DNA from: Chrysomallon squamiferum
Taxonomy: Eukaryota > Animalia > Mollusca
Assembly: GCA_012295275.1 (NCBI GenBank)
Contig: CM022667.1
Location: forward strand, 20,956,001-21,020,000
DNA: 64,000 bases
Direction: 5' to 3'
Under the pieces are notes generated by a model. That model did not search any database and was not told the origin of the DNA. It saw only the letters and a program-made list of their open reading frames with translations. The position numbers were made by a program, and so were the translations under genes. Of the stretch, positions 53,501 to 64,000 are shown one piece after another (position 1 is the stretch's first letter; each line of letters begins with the position of its first letter).

Positions 53501-56500
53501 TCAGCTTCTCCTGCCTGAGTTTGTCCATCAACAACAAGACTAATATCTGAAAGCGTGTCACGAAGAGCTGCAAACAAATTTTTTTTTTTTAGATCCAATT
53601 TTAAAAACTTTTGTATGTCAACATGTTAATGACATTTTTTTAATTTATAACTAATAGTATTTCAAAACAATAACTGAGGCAGTATCAGTTATTAAATCCC
53701 ACAACACAAATATGATATCAACATTTAGGCAAAACTGAAGAAAAAAAATCATAGAAAGAAATATTTATTTGTTAGCAGTTATTTCGAAACCTTTGAATGT
53801 TTTAAAAAATAATAAATATATATGTAACCTACCTATGTCATCTTGAGACACTGAACTGGCAGGAGTGGACAGAGGTACTGAGGTCTCTGGCTTGTATCGG
53901 ATCAACAATTCCTGAAGAGCTCTACAACAGAAGAAAAGTTATGCTGATTACTGTAGTAAAAATAGACTTCTGTTTTATGTGGTTACATTCCTTTCTAGAG
54001 AAGAACAATTTTTATTATTCTTCACAATGAGCTTTAAAACTCTTTTCGTAAAGTATTCTACATATAAATACAGTAGAAATTTAATATCTTATTTAATAGA
54101 ATTAAAAATATTATAAATGAAAAAGGGCCGACAGAAACACACTGAATTAATATTTGAAATGTTAATAATTTATCAATTCCTATCATATAAATGCATGAAC
54201 GTACTTGGGATGTATTGCATATATCTTCATCTGAACTCCTGTTGTGGTCTCATCTAACCTCAGACCACGTCCATCATCTTCTTGATCTCTTTCATCCAGA
54301 TCTCCTACAAAACCATTTATAGAATTTAGGTCCATACAATTTTTTAAGTTACAGAAAAAAAAAGCTTTTAATTTATGAAATAAAAGCTTTTGAAATGAGG
54401 CCAATAAAGGCAATTTTTTCTTAAATTAAATAAACAATATTGGTTTTTTGTTTTTGACATGACCTTTAGAAAAATATACATAAACAATTTACTTTTTCAG
54501 ATAAATGTTTCAAGTTTTTTGCAAAAGGAACTGCATATTCACAGACTGCATAATAATAATGCATTTTTTTTTAATCTCCTACATTTTGGGGAAGACACTG
54601 CAAGAAAATTATTTGTGCTAGAGTTTTCAAAATTTTGAATAGATATAGATTTAAAAACAAACAATGCAAAATGACAGAAATAAAATTTTGGAAAAATTGA
54701 TTATTCTTTACATATAACCACTATCCAACTGTCTGTTGTTGCAAAATATGAATGAAAAACATTATTTTGTTTAAAATTATTTCTTTTGAAGTATGTATGC
54801 AAAGACTAATTGCTTTCTGTTATTTGTAGAAATACATGACTATGATGAACCCCAGCAATTTTAATGATATATATATATATATTGGTTTGAGTTGGGAGAG
54901 GTCCATGAAATAGAGTACTATAATATTAGAAAAAAGCCCAAAATAAAAGTAACCATTTGTCATAAAAATAAGATAGCACTAGTTTTTTATGGTAACAAAA
55001 GGGGATTATTTCCATCAAGTTTCAGTTCTGGACTTATGGTCAACTGAAAATGGTGAACTTGCTGGCACACAAGCTATTAAACCAGTGACTGGACTATTCT
55101 ACTAATTAATGAACTAAAAATAAAATGATAACCGTTTCATTTATTTTCACTTTATATAGAATTGTAACATTTTTGTAAAAGCAAGCATTCAAACACTTGA
55201 AATAAAAACTATGGTTAAAACAATTAAACTTTTAATTCTTTAACAATATACAATTTTGTTTTAGTAAACTATAATATTTTTCTCACCAGTAGTTATTAAG
55301 TCCAAGTGTGACTCATTAAGTGATTTGTTAAGTCTCTGGGATCTTGCACTTAGAATTGCAAAACTTAAACATGGATGAGCCAATACAAATTCTGATATTG
55401 AACTTATATGTGCTGCTGTGCTAGACATATCTTGATGAATTTGTAAGATGTATAAAACCTGAAACAAACAAAAAATAAAATAAAAAATAAAGAATGTCAA
55501 AATATAGTATTAAGTCCTTTTCAACCATCCTCACAAAAAAATTAAAATAAAAGCTTTTCTTGGTAAATATCATCTTATTATAAACATTAATTTATATTAA
55601 TTAACATGGCATATACATTTATGTATATTTTATAATTAACTGAAGCTGTTGGTATTAATGATGTCAAAGTATTCTATTATGGACATTAAATTCCCAACTG
55701 TAATTTGAAAGTTTTTTTACAAAAGAAATTCCAGAAAAACATATAAAAAAAGATGGGTTTTCTAGAAATAATGTTCATTTATGACTGAAAATGAAGAAAC
55801 ATACCTTTCTGTTTGTGTCAGACAACACTAAGTACTTTGCACTGAGATCCAATCCAGCTTTTAGTGTAAGATCACAATTAATATCTGGTGTGCTGAATCT
55901 GTGTTAAAGTCATCAAAAAAATAATAATTAGACAGCAAATATTTTATTTACCATAAACATTATATATAAAGCACTGACAAAAGAGTGTTAAACTGCAGTG
56001 AATGTGACACTGGTTGGGTCTGTGACACTGGCGATGATCACTGTGTTATAAAAATGAGATTATAATTAGTCATTTTAAAGTATTGAGACGAAACTGGTTC
56101 CAGTTTGGCAGCACTTTTTTTTTTTGTAAAAAGATCTAAAAAAATTACAGTTACCTAGTAAACTAGTGATATTCATATTTTATAGCTTTTATTGTTTACT
56201 CATTAAAATTAATTGTTTATTATTTTAACATTTTGTTATATGAGCCAAAGGACTAAGAAGCCTGCAGGAGCAACCTTTAGTCCTTGTGAACCATGGCTTT
56301 TAACCTTGTAAAAAATAAAAAAATATTTGAAAACAGGTGAAAAACCTACCCATGTAAACTAGTCACTGAACTCCCAAAACAGATAAATGAAAATTATAGA
56401 AAAAAGAAAAATGTGTCCTACCGTAATGTCTGCAGGCAGTTCCATGATTCACAGCTCCATACTTTGAGTTCTTGATTATTGCAAGCTCCAGTGATAGCAT

Positions 56501-59500
56501 ACTTCCAGAACTGAGCACTGTTAATACAACTATTTTGTTATTTTTGAATCTATTAAGCACCAGACCAGCAAAAAAAAACACCTTTAGTAACATGTAGCTT
56601 GTAGCAAGAATCTAAAGTGACATACTCTATTTCTATACACATATATGATTTTCAATTTATTTTGATTGAATATTTGCTGAAGTTAATTTTTAATCACTTC
56701 CATTAGATATGCGCAGTAAAGCAAAGAAATATTTAAAATTATTTTATGTATAGGGTTCAAACTAGAATAGAAAAAAAGGGAGAAGTAAGATATCCTTCTA
56801 GGCAAATTAGGGCAAAATAAGGTTTTGAAGAGGAGAAATGAAACATTATGAATGTGAAGCCTTAGCCAAGAACATAAAATTAAAATTTTAAACAAATGCA
56901 TTGATGTTCTCTTTCTATCAAAACAGTAACTTAAAAATATTGTGTATGAACTCATGCTGTAATTCAATAAAAATTTTATTCTAATGTTGCTGACTACTTT
57001 CAGCCTGCTATCTAGAATCATGGACCCATTCTCTGTAATCTTTACTTACATATCATTATGCATAATCATTTATTAGTAGTAACTGTCAATCTCTAATTAC
57101 AACAGTACAACAAAACATTTTTCTAGATATTCATACAAGAGGTCACATGATTTTCCATGTGACCAGCTTGTGATAGGCAGCCATCTCTACAGTACTTGCT
57201 CACAGAATAGTCACTATCAATTAACTGAATGGTGTAAGGAGATGTATATTTTCTATCAACCAATTAAAACTAAAAAAAAAATATATATAGATATAAGGCA
57301 AAGTTAGGAATATATGACTGTGCTACTAAAGTAAGGCAAAGTTTAGTATAAAAGGATGATTATTTGGCAGATTTCTGTCTTGCACGAACCCTATGTGTGT
57401 TTTTGATTCAAGCACATACTCATCCTAATTTTCTTAATAGTTTATCATCTAATTTGTATTTTCATGAATTGTAGCATTTTGATAATATTTTCAAATAAAA
57501 CGCTAATGGCTGGAAATTATTCAGCTTTCAGATCATGTACAGAAAGCAAATATAAAAGGATTAACTTGAATATGAATTACTGACTCTCCATTCAGATTCT
57601 TATGGTCATCCAGGAAGAAAAGACATGACACAGGATTTCCATCATGTGGTTTCCACTGATGAAGACATCTGAAATTACAAACATGTTTTTATTGTAAGGA
57701 AACACAATCTAAATATCTAATTTCTGTTTTTTAATGTAAATTCTACTTCAGGCATAACAAAATTAAAAATAAAAATAAATAAATCAACTCATAATATAGA
57801 GTACTTCAACAGAAACAAAAATAAAACTGTCTGAGCATGTAGCTTATTTGATAAAAATGGCTTCCAGTGAGTTTCAAATGCCTAATTGTAATGAAATTAA
57901 ATCAGGTAAGAAATTTTGCTGATTAAAAGTTTTTGTAAGAGTGTTTACAATGCACTTACATAAAAAAAAAAAATAAAGAAGAAGAAGAAAATAATATTAA
58001 AAACCTCTTTTTTACAGTATAAACTGTCTAGTATAAATTATCTTTACCTAGGAGAGGAGCCCTCTTGCATATAAACTTGGAAGAATTTAACTTCTCCATC
58101 TAAACTTGCTGTTGCTAGTGCTGTACCATCTGGAGAAAAGGCTGCATCAACAATTGGCTAAAACAAAATATTTTCTGCATTAAATAATTTTGTAATATCA
58201 CAGCAGTCTAAATTAATTCTCATTTATTATTTAATATTAGAATAACAGAAAAAAAAAAAAATCTAATACATTTAACATTTACTTAATTTCAGTGTAGTCC
58301 AATTATGACAACCAGATTAAACAGTATTATGAAGTTATTTGAAAACTTGTATCCCTGATGGATGTGAAAATGGACATTAAAATGTACCAAGGCAGGCTTA
58401 ATAAATGGTTCAGTAACTTCATACTTGTGTTACTGTTTTGGGTGACCAATCTTTATCGTAAAAATCAAAGAATGGGGAGAAAAAAGAGAAAAAATAAAAC
58501 CAGACTGCCCCTCCAAAAAGAAAAAAAAGGAACTAAACTCCATTCCAAGAAAAAAAGTAAAGAAAATAGTGTTTCTGTTAACAGGTCTTTAATTTGTAAA
58601 GACTTTTGTCTTTTAATTTAACTACTGTCCTCATATTTCTATAAATAACTTATTTACTTTGTTATGGCTGCAGATTTTGACAACTCCACTGTCAACACTA
58701 TCCAACTGTAATGGACCAGTGCCATTGTCTCTGGTCGCCATGTCAATACTCCAGATCTCTGCCTTTTGGAAAATAATAATAATAAAAAGAAAGAATACAT
58801 ACATGTTTAACAATGTTTTAAATATCGTGCATTTCCTTTTAACAAAACCTGAAGAAAAAAGAAAAACAATCTTTACCATAACTACATTAATTCAAAATTT
58901 GATTTTCCAAAAAAAAATATTTCTGTAAATATTAGAGAAATTGTTTAAAATTAAGATTTTTAAAATTATTAGTATGTATAAAAATACTAAGAAGCTAGGA
59001 AAAAGTGTCTGTTAAAATTAATCTGAAAAACCTTTTCTATGTGTGTGACAACAAACACCCGAGACGCATCTGTAGAAATATCTGTTAGAGATTCATCACA
59101 ATCTTCTGGGATGTATGGACACCAGATGATGCGGTGATATTCTGAAGGTGAAACATCATCTGGTCGCTGAATATGCAACACTAGTGAGCTTCTAGTCAAA
59201 GTTAACAAAAATAACACTGCAGTTTTGAAGTTAAATAACATTTCCCACTGTAACTGTAGTTTATTCCAGCATTATGTTTTGGATACTCAGTTAGGTTTTT
59301 AATATGTCTGAGGTGAAAAACATGTGTTTTAATTTTTTTTTTTAAGTTATTTTTGTGAATATAATGTAATGATTACTGAAATGATGTAAGCAAATAAAAG
59401 TCAAAATTCTGCACTATATTTCAAGGATACAGTAATTTGTTGTCTTTCTCAGACAGACTGTAAACAAAAGTGTTGCCCATTTCATCCACAGCTGCCAATA

Positions 59501-62500
59501 AAATATCATCTGTATGTGCAAATGCAATGTCAATAACAAGCCCTTCAAAGTGTTTTATAAGAAGTCGGTCTGCTGTTTTCCGATGGGTAACTCTGACTAC
59601 ACCACCATTTTTGCCTGAATTAAACAATATTAAATATTTATCTTACAAATATTTTTTTTAAATTTGTTTTTTGTCAACACAAAATATATTATACTGTATA
59701 TAAAAAGTATAAATACATATAAATAAAAATAAAATAAAATAATAAAATTATCTTATACACTGCATTCAGTAACAATTTGAGAAAAATATAAAATGGATTC
59801 AAGAATGGTTTAAAAATCTACTCCATTATTTCACCAAAATCACTTTATAAACATAAATAGGGAAACAGAAAAATACAAAAGAATACAATCAAACTTGGAC
59901 AACTCAAACACTGATTTCTTTAGAATCTCAGTTTATTGAATTGATAGTCTGGTACAGCTGAGTTCCTATAAACTGTTGTAGTTAACTGATAGTGTTTGTT
60001 TGGCTTTCAAATGAGTGTATCATGTCATATATGCCATTTGTCATTTAAATGCCAGTTAACCAAAGACAAGGAAATGGGTTAGGACCCCACAATGAAATTG
60101 TAATGGTTGAACCAGTTACAAAATACCAAGGATACAAAACTCGCAGTATCTGGGCCAGTATAACTTACAAAAGCTGAGGAATTCTTGACAAGTATTTTAA
60201 GGCTCTGTCTGGTTGGCTGGATAAATTTAAGGAAAGAAATGGAACAGCATTTACAAAAGATTTGTTTTGAAGAAAGCGCCTTTTATTTCTTTAATAGAAC
60301 GTTGGCGATATGAAGTTTTGCCATGTAATATGATTTTAAATATTTGTACTGTACAGTATGAACTGATTGCATTCCACCAAGTTTAGAAATCTGAAAATAC
60401 ATGAACTTGGCTTTTATTTCAGTTTATCTGTTTTTACTGTTTTATGCATTAATAAAGCATGCATGTGTGTGTCCACAAGGCCAGATTTATTGTACTTGTG
60501 ATTTGTTTTGTTATTTACTTAGTTTAACAACTATGCAAGTGTGCTTTTTGCAATGTGAATCATATATTATCATCCATTGAACTGCAGTAGATAAAAGAAA
60601 TCTGATACTTGAACACCCTAAAAACGCTATTTTGCTGCCCCATTCTAGCTCCTCTTATCAAAGTTTGATTGTATTTGTAAACTGTAGTCATAGTATTTAA
60701 AAAGTGTTATAATTTATAATCTATATCTCTGTATAATATTCTATCTATGTTTAAAAAAAACAAAAAAAACAGTGAGTACCTTTGAGAACATAAGCCACAA
60801 AAAGTCCGTCTCTGTGCACAGCTATGAGATTGCCAAAGTAATATTTTGACTCCCAGTCAAAATTCACAACTGGTGTTACCTTCACCTGAAATTGAAAGAT
60901 TTAATTTAACAATCAACTCCAGCTTTATTGAAAACATAAGGAAAAAAAGAAAGAAAGAAAAATAAATGAAATAAAACAAAATAAAAACAATAAATAAAAT
61001 AAAATAACAGAAAAATAAGAAAAGAAAAACAGCCTGTTTAATGTTCCTGCTTTTATTGAAACCTGTTATACTTATAGTTAATATTAGTTAAAATATGGGA
61101 GGTGGGCTTCTTAAACTGAGTATTTAAATACATTTTTATCAATGAACGTAGTTTATTATTCATAATCCATATCTTAATCCAAGATAACTCAGGGCTTCAA
61201 CCCTGTGAAGATGCTGGAATCATCTACTGATCAATTATTAAGTTTCACAGAAGCTGAAAACATAGACTATTGATTGAAATTAAAACATTTAGTGAGAACA
61301 GACAAACAGCTCCAGTGGATTCCAATCTGATGCGACTGCACAATGAATAAAATCTGTGAAATATATGTAACAGATGCATCAAATTTCAGTTACATACCAA
61401 AATAACCATGTAATATTTTAATGGTTTTTTTGTTTTGTATTTTCTGACAAATGATCAGAAATGCCTGAAGAAGCAACAGATTTAATGATATATACATGTT
61501 TGTTGGGCTCAGCACCTCAACCCCAAGGATTAAGCAAGTTGTTTGATTTTGGTGATCAATTTCTGCCTAAAGTAATTGTAATCTGCATTCTTCAAATGTT
61601 TCATCACTTCATGACTTTTCTTATTTTTTCCCTTTTAAATACTGATGGTACCTGTAATGATGCCTCTGCAGTAAACTGATCAATATGTGTCAAATAGAAA
61701 CTGTCTGCTGTTTAGTATTCATGCCTCCAGACATGTTCTCAATTAAATTTGGCTGTTAATGGAGAAACCCCTTTCCACTTGGTTAAAAAGTTATATTTCT
61801 GGAGTCTGGAGTCTAAGCCTAATAAGTTGCAAGCCGTGGAATATTTCAGTAGCGACCAGACATCGACTTTTTCAACCAAACTAATCAAAAGTTTCTTAAC
61901 CGCTATCTAAGTTTGTCTTCACATACACAATACAATGAGGACTTGGTAAATCTCTCATAATTTTGTGTGCAACAATCCTTGAAACTGGTGATTCCATCCA
62001 GGCATTCATCTTGCTGATCTGTTTCCTCCACTGCCACATAAATTTGACAGAAAAGATGATAAGCTATAGTAGTTCATCCAGTTCACTCAAAGTAAGCATG
62101 AAGCAACTCCAGTTACTCTTGGAATAATGGTGTTATTGACTGCCAATGCAGTTTAAACTGTGCATTTTTTCTACAACATCAATTTTATTTGCAAACATAG
62201 ATTACAAAATTAAAACATATGTCATGATTTTTCATGAAATTTGACCTGTATCCACCTATTTAAACAACTTTCCAGTACTTCATTTTTAAAATTATCTATT
62301 TCAATACTTTTAATGTTTTTAAGGAATAGTACAAACCCTTTAAATTTTCAAAGAACTCTATTTATATAATCCAATTTACATATATACTAAATAAAAAAAA
62401 TCAAACAGCTATCATGCATTCATATTTTAGTTACCTTGTTACTACCTGAAGCAGCATCTCCATCTGATGAACCAGCCAGAATTACATCAACTTCTCGTCC

Positions 62501-62870
62501 AAACACACTGAAGCTGTTCTGATTATCATTGCCTTGAAGAAGACTAAGCCAAAAAAATAGTTTTAGACTTTTTAATTTTATACTTAAAAAGAGGACTTTC
62601 TATTATATTACACAAAACAAAATTAGTTTTTTTATAGCATTTTTGTAATTATAAATATAGTTAATTTTTTACACCAAATAACGAAGTAACAATAAGCAGT
62701 ACTGATGAGTACAAATTCAACAAGAAAACAAGTTTTTAGAACTTCAGTAATTAATATTGTCCCAAAATAAACATGCTTACATTTTCTGTTTTGGACATGA
62801 ACTATATATTGTTCTCATTAACTGACTCAAGGTTTGTCCATGTGTTCCTTCTCTGGATATCTGCCCTTCA
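44572..62870 (-). CDS. EDC4: Enhancer of mRNA-decapping protein 4 (Ge-1/Hedls), 5' incomplete
   Basis: 26 phase-compatible exons: 62781-62870, 62435-62543, 60780-60885, 59431-59614, 59032-59191, 58658-58762, 58048-58157, 57585-57668, 56422-56517, 55805-55898, 55287-55458, 54205-54304, 53833-53921, 53423-53567, 51714-52083, 51085-51386, 50727-50813, 49813-49876, 49236-49473, 48835-48990, 48439-48554, 48118-48283, 47683-47869, 45555-45780, 45057-45220, 44572-44755. WD40 region (GSNKVKV...DWESKYYFGNLIAV, HRIIWCPYIPE, FSPDGTALATASLDG, CLHQWKPHDG), Ser-rich linker, and C-terminal helical domain (VPSFERATQSMFQQVN, EAFQQALSASNL, QPVLLSLISQL, YLEEAV). Confidence 0.95.
48991..49235 (-). other. U12-type AT-AC intron in EDC4
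   Basis: 5' site ATATCCTTT, branch TTTCTTAAC 9 nt before the end of the intron, 3' end CAC. Splicing here keeps the frame (...MMKE-T-KVLQDG...). Confidence 0.92.
59192..59430 (-). other. U12-type GT-AG intron in EDC4
   Basis: 5' site GTATCCTTG, branch-like TTTGTTAAC 9 nt before the end of the intron, 3' end TAG. Frame is preserved (KLL-SSLVLHIQRP). Confidence 0.8.
59886..60671 (+). mobile_element. Old pogo/Tigger element in an EDC4 intron
   Basis: TA-flanked TIRs CAATCAAACTT / AAGTTTGATTG, with an internal CENP-B-HTH remnant (VSGPV*LTKAEEF...FKALSGWLDKFKERNG) at ~60145-60260. Confidence 0.75.
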
Positions 62871-63907
62871 CTGAAACAGAAACTACACTAATTAACAAAG
62901 GTAATTTCAAATTAGTCAACTTTAAACTAAACTAAACTAAAATAAATAAAAATAAAATTAACTATTTAATAAAAAGTGTTATTGAAAAAGGTTCATTGTA
63001 ATGTAAAACAACAACTTCTGTAATATATTAACCATCTAACTGATAAAGAAATGTGTTAATATATCTTTTTTAGTTTATAAGCATATTAATGAGTCATTCA
63101 GTGTCAGAATGTATTAAAAAAAAAAAAAAAAAAAAATCATATATTTTATCTTGAAACATTAACTCTTTTTGTATGTTACAAAAAGAAAAATTCACAACAA
63201 AAGTTATATTTCTATCTTTATTCTAACATTATGGCCAATAACATTTTAAAAAATTTTGGTTAAGAGACATTAAAAAAAATTTGGAGAAAAAATCATGATT
63301 TTTGGCAGCTCATGTTTTTTGTTTGTTTTTTAAAAATCCCCATCAAAACAACCTCAAATGATTTAGTGTTTAATTTGTACAAATCTGACTATGGAATATA
63401 TCTAAACTGGAAGTGAAATACTATTGAAACATGGGACATCCAATGACAGCATCATAATAAAATATCACTGACAGTGATTAAAGTCAGCAAAAAGCTAGCA
63501 TTTTTTTCTTCCATTTAATCCTTTTTTTTGAAAACACTAGGACAAGAACAATTAAATGTCCAATATAACTATGGTTATAGAGATTTATATGTTTCATGAA
63601 AACATTTCAGCTAGTTTCAATCTGCTTTAATTTTTTGTAAATTATCTTGTTGCATTAATTTCTTGCTTGTTAATCTGAAATGGAAAATGCCAGTTTATTT
63701 GTTCATAGATATAAGCCATATGATACAAACATATGAAATAATTATTAATAGAAATGAATTAAGATTTTTTAGTGTATTAACTAAACTTTCAAATTGACTT
63801 AATTTTAATTCCTTATTTTACTGTATAAATGCTTAATAGGAAGCCTTCAAAATATCTCAGTAGTACTTTTTATTTCTTGCTGATTTTTTTTTTTAGTATG
63901 ACACAAT

Positions 63908-63908
<1 letters not shown>

Positions 63909-63996
<88 letters not shown>
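63909..63996. repeat. (CT)n microsatellite
   Basis: Direct reading. Confidence 0.95.
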
Positions 63997-63999
<3 letters not shown>

Positions 64000-64000
64000 G

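Noticed and set aside
55996-56043. C/D snoRNA-like stem in an EDC4 intron
   Set aside because: Terminal stem present, but no proper C (RTGATGA) and D (CTGA) boxes on the host strand.
61170-62200. Possible decayed hAT-like transposase in an EDC4 intron
   Set aside because: Composition looks coding-like, but I could not read a convincing motif or TIR; needs a translated search.

Overview
AT-rich, microsatellite-rich eukaryotic genomic DNA from an invertebrate animal (lophotrochozoan-like is an inference; species cannot be determined). Four protein-coding genes were reconstructed by hand. (1) An intronless TRIM71/lin-41 (minus, 21045-23396) with an inferred ~9 kb 3' UTR carrying let-7 and miR-125/lin-4 sites, and a uORF-rich leader that also has let-7 seed matches. 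(2) A divergently transcribed FAXDC2-like sterol desaturase/fatty-acid hydroxylase (plus, 24508-30384) with a 45-bp minisatellite in intron 3 and an apparent 1-nt frameshift in exon 2. (3) CFAP90/C5orf49 (minus, 3 exons, 31418-34356). (4) EDC4/Ge-1 (minus, 26 exons seen, 44572-62870; start not found) with two minor-spliceosome (U12) introns, one of them AT-AC. Between CFAP90 and EDC4 is a ~5.2 kb degenerate palindrome with telomere-like repeats in both arms, next to a decayed Mutator/FB-NOF-like transposase. Several Tigger/pogo non-autonomous elements are present, and the first 12 kb holds candidate first exons of an unidentified gene. Most short ORFs in the track are repeat artefacts or single exons. 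Family assignments come from recalled protein motifs, not database searches.
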